Assembly (NCBI GenBank): GCA_963587975.1
Contig: CAVAFS010000249.1
Coordinates: 1 to 34,804, forward strand
Reading direction: 5' to 3'
Length of the DNA: 34,804 bases
From: Bulleidia sp.
GTDB taxonomy: Bacteria; Bacillota; Clostridia; Lachnospirales; Lachnospiraceae
A model generated the notes under the pieces. The model saw nothing but the letters and a program-made list of their open reading frames with translations, made no database searches and was not told the origin of the DNA. Below, piece after piece: positions 1-7,240 of the stretch (position 1 is its first letter; every line of letters begins with the position of its first letter). A program made the translations under genes and the position numbers.

Positions 1-72
1 ATTTCTTCTCTGCACAAAATCTTGGAAAAACTTAAGAATCAGTCTCTGACATCTGTCATAAGACCTTTGATC

Positions 73-199
73 GATCAGTGGGAAAATCCCTTTGCTGCAG
101 AAGCATCTGGTTAATGTACAGAATTTGTACGGATGCTTTAAGAACCCCATCAGAACGTTCGAACCTTTCTGATGAATCTGCCGCAATATGTGGTTGATC
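73..199 (-). other. Multi-stem structured RNA element (5' leader or ncRNA of a leftward transcript), family unrecognised
   Basis: Nested complementary segments 73-77/195-199, 92-101/177-186 (1 mismatch), 102-107/132-137, 116-120/126-130, 148-155/167-174 and 80-83/87-90; lies just downstream of a minus-strand promoter. Confidence 0.4.
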
Positions 200-229
200 T
201 GTCCGCTTGCACGGATAACTCTTGTATTA

Positions 230-258
230 CTTATATCACAGTTTCATCAAAAAATCAA
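230..258 (-). promoter_or_regulatory. Sigma-A-type promoter, divergent from mecA
   Basis: Minus strand TTGATT-N17-TATAAG with extended -10 (TG-A-TATAAG). Confidence 0.6.
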
Positions 259-327
259 CTTAAATTATCATTTTAATTAAATTTGTTATGATTGTTGCTA
301 TTTCATAGAATCTTTATGAATGGATGC

Positions 328-356
328 TTGACGAAAAACACAAGATTATATATACT
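328..356 (+). promoter_or_regulatory. Sigma-A-type promoter of mecA
   Basis: TTGACG (328-333)-N17-TATACT (351-356). Confidence 0.75.
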
Positions 357-382
357 TTTCTAACAAGTAAGGATGTGATAGC

Positions 383-1153
383 ATGAAAATTGAAAAAATT
401 AATGACCATCAGATTCGCTGCACACTTACCAGCGAAGATTTGGCTTCACGCAATATTAAATTAAGCGAACTGGCTTACGGTTCTGAAAAAGCAAGATCAC
501 TGTTTCGCGATATGATGCAGCAGGCTGCTATGGATTTTGGATTTGAAGCAGAGGATATCCCGATCATGGTAGAAGCGGTTCCTCTTTCTTCGGAAAAAAT
601 TGTCCTGATCATCACCAAGGTGGATTCACCGGATGAACTCGATACACGTTTTTCCAACTTTACACAATTTGAAACAGAGGAAGAAGACGAGGACGGACTC
701 CTCTCCGATACCGATCACGATGCGAGTGATTTTTCACCGGAAATCGATGAAACTGCCTCTCAGTTTTTACAGCTTCTTCAGCATCTCCGTCAGGAGCAGA
801 ATAAAGAAAAAGCAGAAGCTTCCAAAACAAAACCTGCAGCACCGGCCATGCCGACAGACATGGTCCGTATCTTTAACTTCCGCAGTCTGGACTCCGCCAT
901 CAGCGCAGCCCATGCTCTGCACGGATTTTATCAGGGCAAAAATACCCTGTACAAAGATACCCGGGAGAACGCATATCATCTGATCGTACATCAGAGTCAG
1001 CACAGCGCTTCCGAATTTAACCGTGTCAACAATATGCTCTGCTCCTATCTGCAGCCGGGCAAATACACGGCAGGAATCCAGGCGTACTTCGAAGAGCATT
1101 TCCGCAAGATTATCAACGGAAACGCCCTGCAACAGTTAAGCGAAATTGCATAA
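383..1153 (+). CDS. mecA: Adaptor protein MecA (ClpC adaptor)
   Basis: N-terminus MKIEKINDHQIRCTLTSEDL...LF..MM..A..FGFE...PIMVEA; acidic linker; C-terminal YFEEH...II.GNALQQL typical of MecA. Confidence 0.92.
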   Translation: MKIEKINDHQIRCTLTSEDLASRNIKLSELAYGSEKARSLFRDMMQQAAMDFGFEAEDIPIMVEAVPLSSEKIVLIITKVDSPDELDTRFSNFTQFETEEEDEDGLLSDTDHDASDFSPEIDETASQFLQLLQHLRQEQNKEKAEASKTKPAAPAMPTDMVRIFNFRSLDSAISAAHALHGFYQGKNTLYKDTRENAYHLIVHQSQHSASEFNRVNNMLCSYLQPGKYTAGIQAYFEEHFRKIINGNALQQLSEIA

Positions 1154-1218
1154 ACGAATCACTGAATGGTTACAAAAAATGAAAACGGGCAGGAAATTTC
1201 AATCGTCTCTCCTGCCCC

Positions 1219-1265
1219 AAAAAAAGAGCTGATCTACCAAGATGGTATAAATCAGCTCTTTTTTT
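1219..1265. terminator. Bidirectional intrinsic terminator between convergent mecA and DUF1858 genes
   Basis: A7-GAGCTGAT...ATCAGCTC-T7; second hairpin GGGCAGGA/TCCTGCCC at 1187-1217. Confidence 0.85.
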
Positions 1266-1291
1266 ATTTGAATTATATCTAAACCTTTGCC

Positions 1292-1498
1292 TTATGCTAC
1301 AACATCATTGAGGCGGTCTACTAATTCCTGCGGCTCAATGCCATGCACCATAGCAGCCTGCTCGATTGTCTCCATCTGAGATGACGGGCATCCAAGGCAA
1401 TGCATACCAATGCCAAATAATACTTCAGCAATGCTGTCGATATGTTCCTGATCACGTAATAATTCACCGATCATGGTGTCTTTGGTAATCTGTGCCAT
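1292..1498 (-). CDS. DUF1858 / hybrid-cluster-protein-associated redox disulfide domain protein
   Basis: 68 aa, ITKDTMIGELL...GMHCLGCPSSQMETIEQAAMVHG; strong RBS AAGGAGG. Confidence 0.88.
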   Translation of the reverse strand: MAQITKDTMIGELLRDQEHIDSIAEVLFGIGMHCLGCPSSQMETIEQAAMVHGIEPQELVDRLNDVVA

Positions 1499-1529
1499 TT
1501 TATTGTACCTCCTTATTTTTACTAAGCGT

Positions 1530-1558
1530 AGTATAATACGTTTTCTTCAAATATGCAA
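1530..1558 (-). promoter_or_regulatory. Promoter of the DUF1858 gene
   Basis: Minus strand TTGCAT-N17-TATACT. Confidence 0.7.
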
Positions 1559-1569
1559 TCTTTTTTGCA

Positions 1570-2538
1570 TCATCCGCCAATCTGTGACATCTTGCGGGAA
1601 TCCGCATCTATATGATCACCGAAATGATGTTCCTTTGGTTTGCGCGCAATGGCCTGTCCAATGGTCTGTGCAAGTTCTTCATCTGTGCATCCGTTTCGAA
1701 TCAGACTTCGCAGATCCACGCCTTCCCCGGAATACAGACAAAGTTTCAAAAATCCCTCCGACGTCAGGCGGATCCGGTTGCAGCCACTACAGAACTTTTC
1801 ATGCACAGCACCGATCATTCCGATTTCTCCGGCAAATCCAGGTGCGCTGTAATACACAGCCGGCCCGTTTCCGAGTTTTTTATCCATGAGATATGCCCCC
1901 GGATAACGTGCGAAAAATTCTCTCCGGATTTCCTCCGCCGGATAAGATTTATAGATTTCTCCGTAGCCGATCGGCATCATTTCAATAAATCGGACAGCCA
2001 CATTTTTCTGTCTCGCCCACTCAAAAAATGCCGGAAGCTCCTCGATATTTTCTCCCTGCACCGGAACACAATTGATCTTCAACAAAATGCCACTCTCGTA
2101 AGCAGTCTTAATTCCATTCATCACCTGCTCAAATACATCCTTGCCGGTAATTTCCTGATAACGCTCCCGCTGCAATGTGTCCAGACTGACATTAATAGCA
2201 TCCAGTCCCGCCTCCTGTAACGCCGGAAGCTGTTCTTTTAACAACACGCCATTTGTCGTCAGCGTAACCATATCGATTCCATCAATTTCATGAATCTCGT
2301 GAATCAGATCCGCGCATTCCCGACGCACCAGTGGCTCCCCGCCGGTTATTTTTACCTTGCTGATGCCAAGATCCGCCAGCACCTTTACAATACGCACAAT
2401 TTCCTCATAGCGTAAAATCCGCTCATGCGACACAAAGGGAACATCCTCCGGCATACAGTATTTGCATCGCAGATTGCAGCGATCCGTAATCGATATTCTG
2501 ACATAATCTATTTGTCTGTTAAAATGATCGATAATCAT
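1570..2538 (-). CDS. moaA: GTP 3',8-cyclase MoaA (radical SAM, molybdenum cofactor biosynthesis)
   Basis: YVRISITDRCNLRCKYCMP (CxxxCxxC), KITGGEPL, RFIEMMP, FCSGCNRIRLTSEGFLKLCL (second Fe-S cluster), C-terminal MSQIGG. Confidence 0.96.
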   Translation of the reverse strand: MIIDHFNRQIDYVRISITDRCNLRCKYCMPEDVPFVSHERILRYEEIVRIVKVLADLGISKVKITGGEPLVRRECADLIHEIHEIDGIDMVTLTTNGVLLKEQLPALQEAGLDAINVSLDTLQRERYQEITGKDVFEQVMNGIKTAYESGILLKINCVPVQGENIEELPAFFEWARQKNVAVRFIEMMPIGYGEIYKSYPAEEIRREFFARYPGAYLMDKKLGNGPAVYYSAPGFAGEIGMIGAVHEKFCSGCNRIRLTSEGFLKLCLYSGEGVDLRSLIRNGCTDEELAQTIGQAIARKPKEHHFGDHIDADSRKMSQIGG

Positions 2539-2561
2539 AGTATGCTTCCTTTCCTTTGTTT

Positions 2562-3998
2562 TTAAACAAGAATGTCTACCACCATTCCTGCTGCATTTTT
2601 ATAAACGGATGGATTTGCGCTTTCCTTTCCACAGTAAATCCGAAACGGTGTCGTACCTTTAATCGGTACAGAATTCAGATTTTCATCCGACCAGCTGCTG
2701 GTATCTCCCTTCTCCAGCTGATCCTGGGAACGCTGATCATGCTCGTAGGCCAGCATGAAGCGATAAGCGGAAAGTTCATCCGCCTCCAGCGCAATTTTTT
2801 CCTTATAATTATCATTGGTAAAAATCTGGAACGTCACTGAACCGTTTTCCAGTTCTTCCCGGGATGGAATCTCCGGCAGATATTCCAGCAGCGTCAGCAA
2901 CAGCCAGCCGTGTCCTGTAACTTTCCGTAGTCCACCCTGACCTCCGTTCATATTGTGATTATAATAACAGTATTCTTCTTCCGCCGCAACCTCTCCATAC
3001 AATGCATGCAGCTCTTCCAGTGAATAATGATACGTCGCCAGTTCACGTCCCAGACGAGTGATGCGAATATAAAACTCACTGTCCGCTTCTTTCGTCTGTG
3101 GTACTTTTATCTCCTTCCCAGAAACGACCGGCTTTTCCTCTCCGGCCAGCACACCGGCAAACTCTGTGCTCACATTCTGTCCGTCATAGTAACCAATCTG
3201 CTTGTATGCCTCGTCCGCAAAAAATAACCAGATGGTATCCGAAATCATTCCGATCACCTGACCCTCACGATTCACCGCCTGAAGTTTTTCCATATATTCC
3301 GGCGCACACTCTGCCTGATTTTTCCAGAACTCCATCGGGAGCTGAATAGCCGGTACTTTACGGATACTTCCATCCGCAAATTTCACTTCCATCCAGTACA
3401 TGGTGCCCGCCTGCGCACTGTTTAACTCAAAAAAGCGGCTCAGGGAAAAATAACGATTACAGCGCAGTCCCTCGCCACGCACCCAGAAGCCACGTTCCGC
3501 ACTTCCTGCCACCAGCATCCGAATTCCTTTGGCAAAATAGTCCTTATTTTTGTCCTCTAATCCCTGCTGTCCAAACATAATTGTGGGATGCGGATAGTAT
3601 TTTACTGGTATACCATTTTTTTCGAAAGAAATAAAAGCCTCCCGCGGCTCCCGTCCGTCTGCCTTGTCACTTACGAGTTCCGGAAAATAGTACCGTTTTG
3701 ACTCCAGTTCCGTCACGATAGACTCGAATCCATCCACACTTCCCAGGCGGATTTCTTCTGCATCTGAAACCTCTGCCTCGTCCAGATATCTTTTCAGTGG
3801 AAATCCATATCCCTCTTCGATATCCTTACTCTCGGCATCCTCATGGTTATCGTATACAGAAAAAAGGCAACGATCTGTTTTTTCCTGGTGTTCCAGATCA
3901 TCGCAGGTATACAGAACATTTTTACCAGCAGCACTGCCGCTGATAAATAAACCAACCGGTTCTTCCCCAGGCAAAATCGTAACATGTTTGATTTCCAT
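2562..3998 (-). CDS. Uncharacterised 478-aa protein with tandem degenerate molybdopterin-oxidoreductase-like (sulfite oxidase/MsrP fold) domains
   Basis: Long ORF with RBS GAAAGGG, 23 nt upstream of moaA; repeated pattern Y/F-T/S-x-E/D-E/D-L, GxxLxxxL, D(G/N)(F/Y), P-x-I-x-x-G and a terminal K-x-hydrophobic strand. The ORF is real with high confidence; the domain call is less certain. Confidence 0.6.
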   Translation of the reverse strand: MEIKHVTILPGEEPVGLFISGSAAGKNVLYTCDDLEHQEKTDRCLFSVYDNHEDAESKDIEEGYGFPLKRYLDEAEVSDAEEIRLGSVDGFESIVTELESKRYYFPELVSDKADGREPREAFISFEKNGIPVKYYPHPTIMFGQQGLEDKNKDYFAKGIRMLVAGSAERGFWVRGEGLRCNRYFSLSRFFELNSAQAGTMYWMEVKFADGSIRKVPAIQLPMEFWKNQAECAPEYMEKLQAVNREGQVIGMISDTIWLFFADEAYKQIGYYDGQNVSTEFAGVLAGEEKPVVSGKEIKVPQTKEADSEFYIRITRLGRELATYHYSLEELHALYGEVAAEEEYCYYNHNMNGGQGGLRKVTGHGWLLLTLLEYLPEIPSREELENGSVTFQIFTNDNYKEKIALEADELSAYRFMLAYEHDQRSQDQLEKGDTSSWSDENLNSVPIKGTTPFRIYCGKESANPSVYKNAAGMVVDILV

Positions 3999-4055
3999 AT
4001 TTTACTTACCCTTTCTATAAACTCCCTCATAAATTTAATCCATATTGTATTTATT

Positions 4056-4085
4056 ATCATACAATGAATTGGGACTGAAATGCAA
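4056..4085 (-). promoter_or_regulatory. Promoter of the 478-aa gene-moaA unit
   Basis: Minus strand TTGCAT-N18-TATGAT; overlapped by inverted repeat ATTGTAT-N8-ATACAAT (4044-4065). Confidence 0.55.
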
Positions 4086-4089
4086 GTAT

Positions 4090-4755
4090 TTATATAGAAA
4101 ACGCTTTTCCCTTCGGTTCGATGGTAAACTCCCTCTCTTTTCCGGTTACCGGATGTGCAAAAGCAATATGGCAGGAGCACAATGCCACCGGACAATAAGC
4201 ATCCGTTGCCGTTCCATACTTTGTATCTCCGTAAAGCGGGTATCCTGCATGGGCAAACTGCACCCGGATCTGGTGATGGCGCCCGGTATGAAGCCATACA
4301 TGCACCAGTGCCTTTGTGCCCTCTTCCCGCGCTTCCACAACTTCATAGCTCAGTTTTGCTTCTTTCGCCTGCGGCGTTCCCTTTGCCACGACTGCGGATG
4401 TATTTGTCTTACCATCCCGCAGCAGCCAGTCACACAACTCGCCTTTTTCCGGCTGCGGTACACCAGCAGTCACTGCCAGATATTCCTTTTCCATGCTGCG
4501 GCTGCTGACCTGCGCCGACAGCTTTGCCGCCGCCTTTTTCGTCTTTGCAAATACCATCACGCCTTCCACCGGCTGATCCAGTCGGTGGATCAGTCCAATG
4601 TATGGCTCTTCTTTCTTTTTCGCACGGTAATTTTTCAGCAGGCTTACCATATCTGCCTGACCGGCCCGGGCCGTCTGCACTGCCACTCCGGCTTCCTTAC
4701 GGCATACGATCACCGCCTCGTCTTCATATATAATTTCCGGCTGTTTTGCTCTCAT
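4090..4755 (-). CDS. RluA-family pseudouridine synthase
   Basis: IIYEDEAVIVCRKEAG, catalytic HRLD, LHTGRHHQIRVQFAHAGYPLYGDTKYG; start moved to ATG at 4755 (RBS GGAG). Confidence 0.93.
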   Translation of the reverse strand: MRAKQPEIIYEDEAVIVCRKEAGVAVQTARAGQADMVSLLKNYRAKKKEEPYIGLIHRLDQPVEGVMVFAKTKKAAAKLSAQVSSRSMEKEYLAVTAGVPQPEKGELCDWLLRDGKTNTSAVVAKGTPQAKEAKLSYEVVEAREEGTKALVHVWLHTGRHHQIRVQFAHAGYPLYGDTKYGTATDAYCPVALCSCHIAFAHPVTGKEREFTIEPKGKAFSI

Positions 4756-4782
4756 CTTACACGAATCTCCATCTTTTTTTCC

Positions 4783-4832
4783 AAAATAAGGCAGGCATGA
4801 TCTACCTTTTATTTTGTAAATCTGCCCGCCTT
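4783..4832 (-). terminator. Probable terminator after the response regulator
   Basis: Minus-strand RNA AAGGCGGGCA...UGCCUGCCUU followed by AUUUU; the G-U wobble supports this orientation. Confidence 0.6.
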
Positions 4833-4853
4833 TCTCATACACAATTATATTTT

Positions 4854-5543
4854 TTATAATTTGAAACGGTATCCTACTCCCCAGATTGTCTCAATATACT
4901 GCGGTTTTGCGGTATTGAACTCAATTTTTTCACGAATCTTTTTGATATGAACCGTTACTGTCGCGATATCGCCGATGGACTCCATATCCCAGATTTTTGA
5001 AAACAGTTCATCCTTCGTAAATACATGGTTCGGGTTCTCAGCAAGGAATGTCAGCAGATCAAATTCCTTTGTCGTAAACTGCTTCTCTTCATCATTTACC
5101 CATACACGGCGTGCTGTCTTATCAATGCGGATACCACGGATTTCAATGATATCATTTTTCTGAGCCGTGCTTCCGATCAGACGCTCATAACGGGCCAGAT
5201 GCGCTTTTACGCGAGCCACCAGCTCACTCGGAGAAAACGGTTTTGTGATATAATCATCCGCTCCCAGTCCAAGTCCACGGATTTTATCAATATCGTCCTT
5301 TTTCGCGGAAACCATCAGAACCGGTGTATTTTTCTTCTCACGGATTTTTTTACAGATTTCAAAACCATCCGCGCCCGGCAGCATCAGATCCAGGATGAAC
5401 ATATCAAAATCTTCGTTTAATGCACGCTCCAATCCACTGGTTCCGTCGTTTTCTATCTCCACATCAAATCCACTCAGCTCCAGATAGTCCTTCTCAAGGT
5501 CTGCAATTGCCTCTTCATCTTCTACGATTAAAATCTTACTCAT
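4854..5543 (-). CDS. OmpR/PhoB-family DNA-binding response regulator
   Basis: MSKILIVEDE, ILDLMLP (phospho-Asp), GADDYITKPFS, winged helix ending IETIWGVGYRF; start at 5543 overlaps the kinase stop. Confidence 0.96.
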   Translation of the reverse strand: MSKILIVEDEEAIADLEKDYLELSGFDVEIENDGTSGLERALNEDFDMFILDLMLPGADGFEICKKIREKKNTPVLMVSAKKDDIDKIRGLGLGADDYITKPFSPSELVARVKAHLARYERLIGSTAQKNDIIEIRGIRIDKTARRVWVNDEEKQFTTKEFDLLTFLAENPNHVFTKDELFSKIWDMESIGDIATVTVHIKKIREKIEFNTAKPQYIETIWGVGYRFKL

Positions 5544-7041
5544 TTGGTACCTCCTGATATTTTCGAATGACAAAGTACATTGTCGTACCTGTCTTTTCTT
5601 TACTTGTCGCCCAGATCTTGCCACCGTGATCTTCAATGATCTTCTTTACGATGGACAGACCAATGCCGCTTCCTCCGGTGGAAGAATTTCTCGAAGAATC
5701 TGTGCGGTAAAACCGGTCAAAAATATACGGCAGATCCCGGGCAGAAATTCCCTTTCCGTTATCCTCAATCTCAACCTGGATAAAATCACCCACGTCTTTG
5801 ATCCGGACATTGATCTGGCCTTTCTTTTTGTCCATATATTTGATGGCATTTGTCACGATATTATTGATGACACGCATCAACTGCTCCGGATCCGCAATGA
5901 TCAAAATATTCTCATCCGCATAATTAAAATACGTCAGACCGATTCCCTTTGTCTCCAGATCCAGACCGATTTCTTCAATACAGTCATTAAAGTAATCTGC
6001 CACATTGATTTTCTTAAAGTTATATGGAATGCGATTCGTATCGATCTTGGAATACAGCGTCAGCTCGTTCAGCAGACGATCCATCTCATTCGCTTTATTG
6101 TAAATTGTCCGGATGTAACGTTCCTGCTTCTCCGGTGTATCAGCAACACCATCTAAAATACCTTCAGAATAACCTTTCACCGCAGTAATCGGAGTTTTCA
6201 GATCATGTGCGATGTTACTGATCAGCGCACGGTTTTCCTTCTCCGCCACCATTTTTTCTTCGGTGGATTCCTTCAGGCGTTTACGCATCTCTTCAAAGTT
6301 CCGGCACAGATCCCCCATCTCATCCTGTTCATCATAATCAATGGTAAAATCCAGATTTCCTTCTTTGATATTTTTTGTGGCAATCTGGAGCTTTTTGATC
6401 GGCACCATGGTTCCACGGTAAATCCAGATGGTCATCACTCCGGCTGTCAGGGCAAGAATCAACAATACAGACACTCCCATGTCCACCAGCAAACGCTTAA
6501 TCTCCGGCTGAATACTCTCCGAAGAAGTGATAATATAAACACTGCATTTATCATTGTTGCTTCCCTCGAAGTCAACCTGTTTCAACAACGACTGCGCACC
6601 ATTATCCACATAATAGGCTGCTCCAGTACTGCTGTTTCCTTCTCCATAGGATGGAAGCTGTTCTTCCCACTGTTCATCACTGATCACGGAATCACCATGA
6701 TAACCGTTATATACCAGAACACCGTTTTTACAGAAGATCAGATAGGAGCTTTTCTCCTGTAATTTCTTATTCACTTCTGTCAGATAATCTTCGGATTCCA
6801 GTTTCTCCGGATCCGTCTTTGCCAGATTGCAGATTTCATCATACTCGGTCTTTGTATACCTGCTCATCAATTGCAGCGAATTCGATAATACGCCCTGCGT
6901 ATCCGACGCTTCCAGACCATAATTTTTCTGAATGGCCTTCGTTTGAATATGATACAGACCAAAAATCGCCGCTCCCGCCAGTGCAATTGGCAAAATAATG
7001 ATAATGCAAAATGCAACGATCAAACGTGTCTTTAGTTTCAT
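5536..7041 (-). CDS. HAMP-domain sensor histidine kinase (HisKA/HATPase)
   Basis: Two TM segments, HAMP, H-box IAHDLKTPITAVKGYSE, N-box NIVTNAIKY, DNGKGI, GSGIGLSIV; start at 7041 (RBS AGGAG). Confidence 0.95.
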   Translation of the reverse strand: MKLKTRLIVAFCIIIILPIALAGAAIFGLYHIQTKAIQKNYGLEASDTQGVLSNSLQLMSRYTKTEYDEICNLAKTDPEKLESEDYLTEVNKKLQEKSSYLIFCKNGVLVYNGYHGDSVISDEQWEEQLPSYGEGNSSTGAAYYVDNGAQSLLKQVDFEGSNNDKCSVYIITSSESIQPEIKRLLVDMGVSVLLILALTAGVMTIWIYRGTMVPIKKLQIATKNIKEGNLDFTIDYDEQDEMGDLCRNFEEMRKRLKESTEEKMVAEKENRALISNIAHDLKTPITAVKGYSEGILDGVADTPEKQERYIRTIYNKANEMDRLLNELTLYSKIDTNRIPYNFKKINVADYFNDCIEEIGLDLETKGIGLTYFNYADENILIIADPEQLMRVINNIVTNAIKYMDKKKGQINVRIKDVGDFIQVEIEDNGKGISARDLPYIFDRFYRTDSSRNSSTGGSGIGLSIVKKIIEDHGGKIWATSKEKTGTTMYFVIRKYQEVPNE

Positions 7042-7101
7042 AAGCATCTCCTGATTGTTTCGTATCATTTGCAGTAATACAACTGCTCATTGTTACTATT
7101 C

Positions 7102-7156
7102 ATTATAACACGTTCGTTCTGTTATTTACATTCTGCAATCGTAAAGTTTTTATAAA
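7102..7156 (-). promoter_or_regulatory. Extended -10 promoter of the two-component operon with upstream direct repeat
   Basis: TG-T-TATAAT (7102-7110); TTTATA-N5-TTTACG at 7140-7156 on the minus strand. Confidence 0.55.
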
Positions 7157-7211
7157 CTACAGATAAAAAGCGCATACATCAAAGATTCATCTTATAAACG
7201 TTCCATGAAAC

Positions 7212-7240
7212 AAAAAACTGCCCCGAAAGGGCAGTTTTTT
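7212..7240 (-). terminator. Intrinsic terminator of malQ
   Basis: AAAAAACTGCCC-CGAAA-GGGCAGTTTTTT abutting the stop codon. Confidence 0.88.

Noticed and set aside
1..114. Open + strand frame ending at TAA 112-114
   Set aside because: No recognisable protein similarity, and the opposite strand has a promoter and RNA structure; cannot be fully excluded without upstream sequence.
95..155. Resemblance to a fluoride riboswitch (GATGGGGTTC...GATGCTTCTGC on the minus strand)
   Set aside because: The P1 stem cannot form and the spacing does not fit the consensus.
1553..4085. ATGCAA at both ends of the moaA cassette as a target-site duplication
   Set aside because: Only 6 bp, and both copies are explained as -35 hexamers; no transposase or terminal repeats.
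4756..4842. Longer N-termini in the ORF track (rluA, regulator, kinases, SBP, mfd, pth, spoVG, glgC)
   Set aside because: Downstream ATGs have better ribosome-binding sites and match family N-termini; some extensions overlap terminators or neighbouring genes.
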